In this document: positions 35,503 through 44,450 of the stretch, piece after piece
Layout of the letters: the number at the start of each line of letters is the position of its first letter
Numbering within the stretch: the stretch's first letter is position 1
Assembly (NCBI GenBank): GCA_964582365.1
Contig: CAZOQV010000003.1
Span: forward strand, 1-59,103
Direction: 5' to 3'
From: an uncultured Gammaproteobacteria bacterium
GTDB lineage: Bacteria; Patescibacteriota; Microgenomatia; UBA12405
Length of the DNA stretch: 59,103 nucleotides
Program-made: the position numbers and the translations under genes
The notes under the pieces: generated by a model
What the model was told of the DNA's origin: nothing
The model's database searches: none
The model's input: only the letters and a program-made list of their open reading frames with translations

Positions 35503-36879
35503 ATGCATATTCACATTTTAGGAATCGCTGGCACCATGACCGCCTCACTAGCTGTCGCTTTAAAAAAACAAGGGAATTTAGTCTCTGGTTCCGATCAAGA
35601 CAAAATTTATCCACCTATCAGTACCATTTTAGAAGAAGCCGATATAAAAATAAATTCTACTCCAATTAATTCTTCAATTGATTTGGCTATCATCGGATCA
35701 TCCTTTTCTAGTTTTCAAAGAACTAAAGATGAATTTGAGCAAATTAAAAAATTAAAGATCAAATATATTTCTGCCAGCGAATACATTGCCAAAAACTTAA
35801 TTAAAGAAAATTCAATTTTAATTGCTGGAACTTATGGTAAAACAACCATTACTTCCATTGTTTCTTGGATTTTTAATCAAGCCAAATTAAATCCCAATTA
35901 TATGTTTGGAGGTAAAGCTTTAAATCGTTTTCCATCAGTCAATATTTCACCTACAAATTGGTCTATCATCGAAGCCGACGAATCAATTCATGGTCTCGAT
36001 AACCAAGCTAAATTTCTTTATTATCCAGTTAATTTTTTATTATTGACCAGCGCCGATTGGGAACATAAAGATTCTTATCCTACTGAAATTGCCAATTTTA
36101 ATGCTTTCAAAGCATTAATTTTAAATGTTTCTAAAGATGGAATTTTATTTATAAATTCTCAAGGCTATCAGACCAAAGAATTAAGTCTTTACTCAAAATC
36201 AAAAATAGTTACCTACAATTCAATTGAATCTAATTATTTTATAAAAAATACAAAAATCAAGAAAAATTATTCTATCTTGACTATAAAAACTCCTCGAAAT
36301 ATCTTAAAAATCAAAACTAAATTAATCGGTCAATTTAACTTTGAAAACATTTTAGCAGCCATTGCTATTACCGATAGTCTAAATATTCCTCAAACTAAAA
36401 TTAAACAAGCCATTTCTAAATTCAATGGAATAAATCGTCGTCTTGAAAAAATTTATGATCATAAAAAAATTATTATATTTGATGATTTTGCCCAATCTTC
36501 CAATAGAATTAAATCAACGATTGAAGCCATAAAACAACATTTTCCAAAAAATAATATAAAAGTTTTATATCAACCTCATGCCTCTTTTATCCAACACAAA
36601 GAAAGTATTAAAAATTTTAATCATGTTTTCGATTCAGCCTCTGAAGTTGTTTTAACTCAATTAACTTTTAACAAAAACATTGACAAAAATGAACGCGTCA
36701 CCGCCAAAGATTTTAAAGAGGTGGTTGGAGACAAATTAATTTATTTTCCCATCGATGAAGATGTTTTAAATCATTTTCAAAAAACTCTTACAAAAGGAGA
36801 TATACTCATAAACATGAGTTCTGGTGGTTTTACTGGAAATAAAATAATGAGAAAATTAATATTAGAAATTAGAAATTAG
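35503..36879 (+). CDS. Mur ligase of the MurC/Mpl family
   Basis: The N-terminus MHIHILGIAGTMTASLAVALKKQGNLVSGSDQDKIYPPISTILEE closely follows the Mpl/MurC N-domain pattern. GTYGKTTITS P-loop. The C-terminus ends in an array-encoded LILEIRN. Confidence 0.8.
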   Translation: MHIHILGIAGTMTASLAVALKKQGNLVSGSDQDKIYPPISTILEEADIKINSTPINSSIDLAIIGSSFSSFQRTKDEFEQIKKLKIKYISASEYIAKNLIKENSILIAGTYGKTTITSIVSWIFNQAKLNPNYMFGGKALNRFPSVNISPTNWSIIEADESIHGLDNQAKFLYYPVNFLLLTSADWEHKDSYPTEIANFNAFKALILNVSKDGILFINSQGYQTKELSLYSKSKIVTYNSIESNYFIKNTKIKKNYSILTIKTPRNILKIKTKLIGQFNFENILAAIAITDSLNIPQTKIKQAISKFNGINRRLEKIYDHKKIIIFDDFAQSSNRIKSTIEAIKQHFPKNNIKVLYQPHASFIQHKESIKNFNHVFDSASEVVLTQLTFNKNIDKNERVTAKDFKEVVGDKLIYFPIDEDVLNHFQKTLTKGDILINMSSGGFTGNKIMRKLILEIRN

Positions 36880-36913
36880 AATTGTATTTATATTAAAAAT
36901 TAGAAATTATATT
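36862..36913 (+). repeat. TTRGAAA arrays (3 + 2 units) with a duplicated AT-rich tail, spanning the murC/mpl stop and the spacer to murA
   Basis: TTAGAAA TTAGAAA TTAGAAT (TAG stop at 36877-36879), then tgtatttata, then TTAAAAA TTAGAAA TTATATT. Confidence 0.88.
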
Positions 36914-36921
36914 TATATTAT

Positions 36922-38250
36922 ATGTCTAGATATATTATCGACGGAGGAAAACCACTAAAAGGAGAAGTTTCCATCAGAGGTGCTAAAAATGCCAGTTTTA
37001 AACAAATAATTGCTTCTTTATTAACTGATCAGACAGTTTATTTAAACAACGTTCCTCAAATTTCAGATGTTAAAATAACCACAAGTATCGCCAAAAGTCT
37101 TGGTTGTCAAGCAATTCAAACTGCCGAACATTGTCTTGAATTAACCACTCCAAAAATAACTAAAACCATTGTCCCTAACGGAACTGGTGAAAAATCAAGA
37201 TCTTCTTTTATGTTTGCCGCTCCACTATTATCCAGAGTTGGCACCGCCATTGTTCCAATTCCAGGTGGCGATAAATTAGGCAGTCGACCATTAGATCGTC
37301 TTTTCGACTGTTATTCTAAAATGAACATCAATGTTTCTGAAACTGACCACGATATTACTTTTAATACAGATAAAATTATCGGTACCCATTTTACTTTTAC
37401 AAAACCATCACACACCGTTACTGAAGCAATTTTAATGACCGCTGTTCTAGCTAATGGTGAAACTATTATTGATAATGCCGCTCTTGAACCGGAAATTGAT
37501 GATTTAATTTTAATGTTAAACCAAATGGGTGCCAAAGTTCAAAGAGACTCTAACGATATTAAAAGAATAATAATTCAAGGTGTTTCCAAATTAAACGGAA
37601 CCACCCACGAAGTTATTTGTGACCGAAATGAAATTGTCACTTTTGCTTGTGCGGCTTTATCCACTAAAGGATCTGTTTCTATTTTAAAAGTCAAACCAGA
37701 CACTGTCAAAACCTTTTTGGACATCATTATTAAAATGGGTGCTGATGTAAAAATTGGTAACGATGAAATTTATGTTGGTTGGACAAAACCTTTGTCTGGT
37801 ATTGACATTGAAACCAATCCAGAACCGGGTTTTATGACTGACTGGCAAGCCATTTTTTCTGTTCTTTTAACTCAAACTGTCGGTTGTAGTTCTGTTATCG
37901 AAAGAGTTTATCCTAGCCGTTTTCAACATATCGAAAATCTCAAAAAAATGGGAGCTAAAACAACTTTTTTTAATCCTGAAATCGATAATCCAGATGAATA
38001 TTATCAATTTAACAAAGAAAGTGACAAACCTGAATATTTTCATGGAGTTAAAATTTATGGTCCAGCCAAATTAACTCCGGCTAATTTCACCATTAATGAT
38101 CTTCGAGCTGGAGCTTCGGCCACTATTGCCGCTCTCACTGCTTCTGGGAAATCCACCATTGAAGGAATTGACTACATTGAAAGGGGATACGAAAAATTAG
38201 CCGAACGTCTTTGGTCTTTAGGTGCTAACATAGAATATATAAAAATTTAA
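36922..38250 (+). CDS. murA: UDP-N-acetylglucosamine 1-carboxyvinyltransferase
   Basis: IRGAKNA, PGGDKLGSRPLDRL active-site loop (Asp where E. coli has Cys115), and LRAGASATIAAL. Confidence 0.9.
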   Translation: MSRYIIDGGKPLKGEVSIRGAKNASFKQIIASLLTDQTVYLNNVPQISDVKITTSIAKSLGCQAIQTAEHCLELTTPKITKTIVPNGTGEKSRSSFMFAAPLLSRVGTAIVPIPGGDKLGSRPLDRLFDCYSKMNINVSETDHDITFNTDKIIGTHFTFTKPSHTVTEAILMTAVLANGETIIDNAALEPEIDDLILMLNQMGAKVQRDSNDIKRIIIQGVSKLNGTTHEVICDRNEIVTFACAALSTKGSVSILKVKPDTVKTFLDIIIKMGADVKIGNDEIYVGWTKPLSGIDIETNPEPGFMTDWQAIFSVLLTQTVGCSSVIERVYPSRFQHIENLKKMGAKTTFFNPEIDNPDEYYQFNKESDKPEYFHGVKIYGPAKLTPANFTINDLRAGASATIAALTASGKSTIEGIDYIERGYEKLAERLWSLGANIEYIKI

Positions 38251-38254
38251 TTTT

Positions 38255-39289
38255 ATGCCTCACTTATATTTAGGTCTACTTCTTTTTTCTTTTTTAATTA
38301 CCAGCATTCTGGTTGTTCCTTTTATCAATCTTCTCTATAAACTAAAGTTCCAACGACAAATCCAAAAAACCACTGATTTTCAAAATAAAAGAACCGCTAT
38401 TTTTGATAAATTTCACAACACCAAAAGTGGAACACCAATAGGCGGGGGAATATTAATCATCTCCGTCGTTCTTATTCTTTTTATAATTCTTTCTCCAATC
38501 ATTAAATTTTCTCGAATTTTTGTTTCTTCTAATTACCAAATAAACAAAGAAATCTTTATTCTTTTCTTCACTTTTATAAGTTTCGGATTATTAGGACTTT
38601 ACGATGATGTTTTAAAATTCTTTGGCTTCAAAAAAACCGGTTTCTTTGGTTTAAGAATGTCACATAAATTTATCTTGCAAATAATAATTTCTTTAATTAT
38701 TTCTTTAATGATTTATTTTCAATTAGGAATCAATTTTATTTATATTCCTTTCTTTGGTGCTATCAAATTAGGCTTATTTTACATCCCCATTTCTACCCTT
38801 ATTATCGCTGGTTTTGCAAATTTCTTTAATATTTCCGATGGTCTCGATGGTTTATCTTGTGGGCTTTTAATGATTTCTCTATTTGCTTTTTGGATTTTAG
38901 CTAGCACTTCCATGGATACTATTATTTCCTCTTTTCTAGCCCTTTGGATCGGAGCCTTAATTGCCTTTCTTTATTTCAATGTTTATCCAGCCAGAATCTG
39001 GCTTGGCGATGTCGGTTCACTTTCATTTGGAGCTACTTTTGCTGTTATCGCCTTACTCTTAGGGAAAATAGTTCCTTTAATCATTGTGGGGTTTCCTTTT
39101 ATTGTCGAAGGCATGTCTAGTGCTATTCAATTAGTTAGTAAAAAATATTTCAAGAAAAAAGTTTTTCCTGCTGCTCCTCTTCATTTAACTCTACAAAGTA
39201 TTGGTTGGGAAGAACCAAAAATTGTCTTCCGTGCCTGGCTAGCTGGAATTATATTAGCTATTTTTGGACTATGGTTGGGAATAAATTAG
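38255..39289 (+). CDS. mraY: phospho-N-acetylmuramoyl-pentapeptide transferase
   Basis: 10-TM protein with GTPIGGG, YDDVLKF, NFFNISDGLDGL, YPARIWLGDVGS and APLHLTLQ motifs. Confidence 0.9.
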   Translation: MPHLYLGLLLFSFLITSILVVPFINLLYKLKFQRQIQKTTDFQNKRTAIFDKFHNTKSGTPIGGGILIISVVLILFIILSPIIKFSRIFVSSNYQINKEIFILFFTFISFGLLGLYDDVLKFFGFKKTGFFGLRMSHKFILQIIISLIISLMIYFQLGINFIYIPFFGAIKLGLFYIPISTLIIAGFANFFNISDGLDGLSCGLLMISLFAFWILASTSMDTIISSFLALWIGALIAFLYFNVYPARIWLGDVGSLSFGATFAVIALLLGKIVPLIIVGFPFIVEGMSSAIQLVSKKYFKKKVFPAAPLHLTLQSIGWEEPKIVFRAWLAGIILAIFGLWLGIN

Positions 39290-39822
39290 ATTTATTAAAA
39301 TTAGAGATAAGTTATTATCTCGATTTACCTTACAGTAAAAATATCCTTAAAGACGGAAAAATAATTAAGGAAAAATTTTTAGGCGGAAAAGGCAATTGTC
39401 GTCAGATTGCCACTGAAACCATTCGTCTGGCTCAAAAACAAAATTTAGATTTAACTAAATTAACCAATCCAGAATTTTACAATTTCCAAAAAAAGAACCA
39501 TCTTGGTATTGATTGTTCTGGCCTTGCCGTTCAATTATTAAATTTTTATTTCGAAACTAAATTAAATCCTCGTAAAATTTCGGCCAACATGCTCACTTCA
39601 GTTCCACTTTCAAAAGAAATAAAACCAAATGAAATTAAAACAGGGGATTTAATTCGTCAAAAAGATGGCCACCATGTTCTGTTTATTGTCGAAAAACAAG
39701 GCAATATCATCACTTATGTTGATAGCTCTCGTGAAGGCAGGGGAGTTAAATATGGAACCACCGACATCACTGATAAAAATTTCCACCACAACGGATTTTT
39801 TAGAATTAACAAAAACATGTAG
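39271..39822 (+). CDS. NlpC/P60-like cysteine peptidase (putative cell-wall hydrolase)
   Basis: Start set to ATG 39271 (19-nt overlap with mraY). GIDCSGLAVQLL (catalytic Cys context) and GDLIRQKDGHHVLFIV (His context). Confidence 0.6.
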   Translation: MVGNKLDLLKLEISYYLDLPYSKNILKDGKIIKEKFLGGKGNCRQIATETIRLAQKQNLDLTKLTNPEFYNFQKKNHLGIDCSGLAVQLLNFYFETKLNPRKISANMLTSVPLSKEIKPNEIKTGDLIRQKDGHHVLFIVEKQGNIITYVDSSREGRGVKYGTTDITDKNFHHNGFFRINKNM

Positions 39823-39846
39823 AGACGCCACACATGACGTCTCTAC
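39819..39846. terminator. 9-bp stem / 10-nt loop hairpin between convergent genes (candidate bidirectional terminator)
   Basis: GTAGAGACG-ccacacatga-CGTCTCTAC. On the minus strand it is followed by AUGUUUUUG. The stem includes the TAG stop of the NlpC/P60 gene. Confidence 0.45.
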
Positions 39847-39853
39847 TGCGAAA

Positions 39854-40012
39854 CTATTTTTCTTCAATCAATTCTCGATATTTTAGTGGATTTAAAGACA
39901 AAATTTCCACTTCAGTCCCACATTCAGGACATTCAATGATATCTCCCACTGCAGTGGCCTCTATTAATTCAATTTCTATTTTGCAATCTGGACAAATAAC
40001 TTTTTCGTTCAT
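39854..40012 (-). CDS. LysW-like zinc-ribbon protein (amino-group carrier protein family-like), 52 aa; absent from the supplied ORF track
   Basis: Hand translation: MNEKVICPDCKIEIELIEATAVGDIIECPECGTEVEILSLNPLKYRELIEEK. CPxC-x17-CPxCG spacing, G-[DE]-h-h-x-C and E-h-E-h-x-x-L-x-P-L follow the LysW/ArgW pattern. The tail is acidic but lacks EDWGE. Confidence 0.55.
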   Translation of the reverse strand: MNEKVICPDCKIEIELIEATAVGDIIECPECGTEVEILSLNPLKYRELIEEK

Positions 40013-40052
40013 GTTTTATTAAAATTAATAACTAGTATAATTAACCTATTAT

Positions 40053-40823
40053 ATGACAAGCACACCTTTAATTAAATTAGAAAATGTTTATCTCAAAAGG
40101 GAAGACTTGAACGAAACTGGTTCCGCCAAAGATCGAGCCATGATTTCTCAAATCGAAAATCTAATAAAACAAGGTTTTAAGACTGCTGTCATTTCTAGCA
40201 CTGGCAATGCTGCTATTTCTGCCGCCCATTTTTGTAAACTCAGCCAAATCGATTTAACTATTTTTGTTTCTCCCAAAATCGATCAAAATAAGCTCAACTT
40301 ACTTAAAAAAAATGGTTGCCAAATTTTTATTTCTGATCAACCCATCAGTGAATCTATAAAATTTTCTAAAAAAAATCAGGCCTATCTTCTCCGTCAATCT
40401 ACTGACCCCAGTGCTTTAATTGGTTATCAAAAAATTGGTCCAGAATTAATAAATCAATTGCCTCAAACTACCAGTATTTTTGTTCCAGTTGGCAGTGGCA
40501 CCACTCTTTTGGGAATTTCTCAATCTTTACCAACAATAAAAATTTTTGCCGTTAAACCAGCAGATACAACTTTAACCGATGCTTTAACTGTTAAATACCA
40601 ACCTCTAAAAAATAAAATTATTTCTGCCGTCAAAAATTCTAAAGGTTCAGAACTAATTATTCAAAACGATGAAATTTTAGAAGCTCATAAAATATTAGAA
40701 CTAAACAAGGTTAAAACTTCTCTTGAAAGTGCCTTAGCCTTTGCTGGATTTAAAAAAGCTCTTAAAAACAACCTAAATATAGGTAATTATCCCGTCGTCA
40801 TTTTAACCGGATGTCAAAGATAA
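40053..40823 (+). CDS. fold-type II PLP-dependent enzyme (threonine synthase / cysteine synthase / serine racemase superfamily), short form
   Basis: LKREDLNETGSAKDR (PLP-lysine motif), SSTGNAA, and PVGSGTT (phosphate-binding loop). 256 aa. Confidence 0.7.
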   Translation: MTSTPLIKLENVYLKREDLNETGSAKDRAMISQIENLIKQGFKTAVISSTGNAAISAAHFCKLSQIDLTIFVSPKIDQNKLNLLKKNGCQIFISDQPISESIKFSKKNQAYLLRQSTDPSALIGYQKIGPELINQLPQTTSIFVPVGSGTTLLGISQSLPTIKIFAVKPADTTLTDALTVKYQPLKNKIISAVKNSKGSELIIQNDEILEAHKILELNKVKTSLESALAFAGFKKALKNNLNIGNYPVVILTGCQR

Positions 40824-41917
40824 ATTTAACCACCATTATTAATCAATCGTCTTATATTTTCTTTTTTTTGGTGGTCGATAAATTTTTAGATATTGATCTT
40901 CCTGAACTTAAAAATTTTGAAAAAATTTATCTTTCCGATTATCCATCTATCGCAGAAAAAAATAGTGGAAAATTACTTTCCCACCCAAAAGTTATAGACT
41001 ATATTTGTCAAAAATCTAAAAAAAATAATCTTACTCCTGTCATTATTCCTTTTAAACCATCTGCCAAAGTCGATTTTTTGTGTCAAAAAAATAATTGGAT
41101 AAATGCTAGCAATTCTGCTCCAATTAACCGTTTTTTGGAAGATAAAATTAAATTTACTAAACTTAGTCAGAAATACAAATTACCAATTATTCCTTCTTCG
41201 ATAGATACTTTTTCTCAAAAAAATTTTTTAAAATATCAAAAAAAATATACTTCCAAATTAGTTCTTCAAACTCATTTTGGTTGGGCAGGAAATAGTACCT
41301 TTTCTGCCGAACATTGGGACGAAATAAAAGATAAAATTACTCAAGGCGTCATTGTCAAATACACTCCTTTTATTAGTTCTTCCTACTCCCTTTTAAACAA
41401 TTGCTGTCTTACCAAATACGGCTTAATTCAAAGTCCACCAGCTCTTCAATATACTGGTATTTCACCCTATACTCAAAATCCTTTTACTACCGTCGGTCGT
41501 CAATGGCCTTCAATGGCTCCTCAAAAAATAATCAACGACATTAATAAAATAACTGAAAAATTTGGCAAAATTTTACCAGAAATTGGATACAAGGGGTTTT
41601 TTGGTCTTGATTTTTTAATTAATAAAAACAAAGTCTATTTACTAGAATGCAACCCTCGACTTACTGCTTCTTTTAGTTTTTACACTCAGATAGAGTTAAC
41701 CCAAAACATTACTCCTCTTTTTTATTTTCATTTAGCCGAATTTTTAAAACTTGATTATAAAATTAATTTAAAACAAGAAAAATCAAGATTTAACAATAAA
41801 AAAATTATTGGTTCCGAGTTGACTCCCAAAAATAAAGACAATTATACTTGTCAAAAATTAAATTTTGACTATCCTTTGTCAAAAAACACCAATCCTATTT
41901 CTATCAAAATTAAATGA
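40811..41917 (+). CDS. ATP-grasp family ligase
   Basis: C-terminal GFFGLDFLINKNKVYLLECNPRLTAS is the ATP-grasp Mg/ATP motif. It overlaps the PLP gene by 13 nt and forms ATGA with ftsW. Confidence 0.7.
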   Translation: MSKINLTTIINQSSYIFFFLVVDKFLDIDLPELKNFEKIYLSDYPSIAEKNSGKLLSHPKVIDYICQKSKKNNLTPVIIPFKPSAKVDFLCQKNNWINASNSAPINRFLEDKIKFTKLSQKYKLPIIPSSIDTFSQKNFLKYQKKYTSKLVLQTHFGWAGNSTFSAEHWDEIKDKITQGVIVKYTPFISSSYSLLNNCCLTKYGLIQSPPALQYTGISPYTQNPFTTVGRQWPSMAPQKIINDINKITEKFGKILPEIGYKGFFGLDFLINKNKVYLLECNPRLTASFSFYTQIELTQNITPLFYFHLAEFLKLDYKINLKQEKSRFNNKKIIGSELTPKNKDNYTCQKLNFDYPLSKNTNPISIKIK

Positions 41918-43083
41918 AAGAAAATAAATCCCCCTTATTATTCTTAGTTTTCAGCTTGGTTTTTGTCGGTTTAATTTTTATTTCCATTTCTTCATTAAGC
42001 GAAGCCAATTCTTTAATTGGCGATAAATTTTTTTATATTAAAAAACAAGTATTTTGGATTATTTTGGGATTAATTTGTTTATACATCACTTCAAAAATAA
42101 ACATTAAAACCATCAAAAAGTTTTCTTTTATTTTCTACGCTATTTCCATTTTGGGTTTAATTTTAGTTTTAATTCCAAGCCTGGGCAATGAAGCTCTTGG
42201 TGCTAGACGTTGGTTAAATTTAGGTTTTACTAGTATTCAGCCTTCTGAAATTTTAAAATTAAGTTCCATTATTTATTTTTCTTTTCTTTTTTCTAAACCA
42301 GAAAATCACAACATTAAAAATCTAATTTTTTACCTTGGAATCCCATTTGTCTTAATTATCATTCAACCAAATTTAAGCACTGCCATTTTAATTTCGGCCA
42401 TTGTTAGTTCAATTTATTATATTTCTGGTGGTGACATTATGCCTCTTTTTGGTATTATTTGTGTTTTTTTAGTAGTCAGTGTTCCCTTAGTCTTTTTTTC
42501 ACCCTATCGTTCCGCCAGATTAAAAACTTTTTTAGAACCACAACAAAACCAAGAAACTTCGTCATATCACAGTAATCAAATAATTTTATCCCTTTCTTCT
42601 GGTGGTTTTTTTGGAAAAGGATTTGCCAACTCCGATCAAAAATACAAATTCCTTCCTAAAATTTCTACAGACTCTATTCTTGCGGTCATTGGTGAAGAAA
42701 TTGGATTTATTGGAATTTTTGCAGTCTTATTAATTTATCTTTCTTTAATAAATTATCTTTTGAAATTTTCTCAAACAATCGAAGATCCTTTTCAAAGTCT
42801 TTTAGTTTCTGGTAGCGCCTGTCTAATTGCTTATCAAAGCTTGATTAATATTTCTGCTATTGCTGCTCTCATTCCTTTAACCGGTGTTCCTTTACCGTTT
42901 ATTTCCTATGGTGGTTCTTCACTAGTCACTCTTTTTATTGTTATTGGGCTGGTCAGAAATGTCGAAAAAAATCAAAAACTGTTATACTTAAAGAGTGATC
43001 TCAATCAAACCAAAAAAGACGGTAATCATCACCGGAACTCACTTGACTCCGGCCACCGAACTCATTCGTCAATTGAAAAATGA
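41914..43083 (+). CDS. ftsW: SEDS-family peptidoglycan polymerase FtsW
   Basis: 10-TM protein. RRWLNLGFTSIQPSEILK, FLEPQQN..TSSYHSNQIILSLSSGGFFGKG, TDSILAVIGEEIGFIG and PLPFISYGGSS. Confidence 0.85.
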   Translation: MKENKSPLLFLVFSLVFVGLIFISISSLSEANSLIGDKFFYIKKQVFWIILGLICLYITSKINIKTIKKFSFIFYAISILGLILVLIPSLGNEALGARRWLNLGFTSIQPSEILKLSSIIYFSFLFSKPENHNIKNLIFYLGIPFVLIIIQPNLSTAILISAIVSSIYYISGGDIMPLFGIICVFLVVSVPLVFFSPYRSARLKTFLEPQQNQETSSYHSNQIILSLSSGGFFGKGFANSDQKYKFLPKISTDSILAVIGEEIGFIGIFAVLLIYLSLINYLLKFSQTIEDPFQSLLVSGSACLIAYQSLINISAIAALIPLTGVPLPFISYGGSSLVTLFIVIGLVRNVEKNQKLLYLKSDLNQTKKDGNHHRNSLDSGHRTHSSIEK

Positions 43084-44077
43084 TCCAAAAGTTCATTGGC
43101 AAATAAATTATATTGGTCGAGAAAAAAACTCTAGTGTCGACAATTCACCTTCGATTGAATCAAAAATAATTCCAAAGATGGGCATAAACTTTTATTCAAT
43201 TAATTGTGGAAAACTAGACCGTCGTTGGCTTCCAAACACCATTAAGGGACTTCCTCAAACCGCCAAGTCTTTATTTGAAGCCTCAAAATTAATTAAAAAA
43301 ATAAAACCTGATGTTGTTGTTTCTTTTGGCGGCTACGTTTCTGTCCCAATAATTATAAGCAGTTTTCTTAGAAAAATTCCTTCAATTACCCACGAACAAA
43401 CTCTTACCAACAGTTTAACCACCAAAATTAATAGTCATTTTGTCACCAAAGTTGCTCTTTCTTTTGATAATCAAAAACAAAAATTAGATCTTCCTAAAAA
43501 TAAAATAGTTATTACCGGTAATCTTTTACGACAAGAACTTTTCCATCCTCAAAAAAGCAAAATAGGGGACGATATCGACATTTTTATCACTGCTGGCAAT
43601 CAAGGTTCACATACCATAAATTTGCTGATAAAAAAAATTCTTCCCAAATTAAAAAATTATTCTATAATTCACCAGACTGGTAAAAATGATTTTGCTAATT
43701 TTAAAAAACTAACCAAAATTTATCCTAAATATAAAGTTTTTGATTATTTAGAATCAAACGACATGGCTCATGTTCTTAATACAACAAAAACGATTATCAG
43801 TCGTTCCGGTGCCAACACTAGTCAAGAAATTATCGCTCTTAATAAAAAATCAATTTTAATTCCTCTCCGAGTTAGTCAGCAAAATGAACAATTAATAAAT
43901 GCCTTTTGGGTTAAAGAAAAAAATCCTAAAAATACCGAAATAATCGAAGAAAAAGATTTGTCTGAAATAAATATTTTAAATAAAATAGACAAATTGCTCA
44001 CCGATAAAACCGAAAGAATAAACGTTAAAAACACTGATAACTTAAAACTTTTGGATTTAATTCATGAAATTATTTAG
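42995..44077 (+). CDS. murG: UDP-GlcNAc:lipid I N-acetylglucosaminyltransferase MurG (divergent N-terminal G-loop)
   Basis: VVSFGGYVSVP, ITAGNQGS, IISRSGANTSQEIIALNKKSILIPL. GTG start at 42995; 89-nt overlap with ftsW. Confidence 0.75.
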   Translation: MISIKPKKTVIITGTHLTPATELIRQLKNDPKVHWQINYIGREKNSSVDNSPSIESKIIPKMGINFYSINCGKLDRRWLPNTIKGLPQTAKSLFEASKLIKKIKPDVVVSFGGYVSVPIIISSFLRKIPSITHEQTLTNSLTTKINSHFVTKVALSFDNQKQKLDLPKNKIVITGNLLRQELFHPQKSKIGDDIDIFITAGNQGSHTINLLIKKILPKLKNYSIIHQTGKNDFANFKKLTKIYPKYKVFDYLESNDMAHVLNTTKTIISRSGANTSQEIIALNKKSILIPLRVSQQNEQLINAFWVKEKNPKNTEIIEEKDLSEINILNKIDKLLTDKTERINVKNTDNLKLLDLIHEII

Positions 44078-44450
44078 AATTTTTTTATTCGTTATTTTTT
44101 TTACCAGTCTTTCTTTTTCTATTTTTTCATACAGAAGTAATTCATCAGAAACCAAAATCAACCCTATCTCTGATAAAAATAAACTTTATCTTCAGCTAGA
44201 ACACGGTCTAAAAACTGCTCAGATTGAAACTGTTCAAAACACCATTAAAGATTATGAAAATCAGTTAGAATTCTATATAATAAATAAAGATAACAATTCA
44301 ACCAAAGTGATTTTGTCCACTCAAAAAAATCCCTATTGGCAAATCGCCTCTTTACAAGAAATTCTAAAAAAAGCTATTATTAATAATAAACAACTGCAAT
44401 TAGTTGATCTTAGTATCAACCATCCATATGCAACATTCAAAAATAATTAA
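44064..44450 (+). CDS. small bitopic membrane protein in the ftsQ position
   Basis: 128 aa, an N-terminal TM segment and a short periplasmic domain. Only its position between murG and ftsA suggests an FtsQ/DivIB-like role. Confidence 0.35.
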   Translation: MKLFRIFLFVIFFTSLSFSIFSYRSNSSETKINPISDKNKLYLQLEHGLKTAQIETVQNTIKDYENQLEFYIINKDNNSTKVILSTQKNPYWQIASLQEILKKAIINNKQLQLVDLSINHPYATFKNN

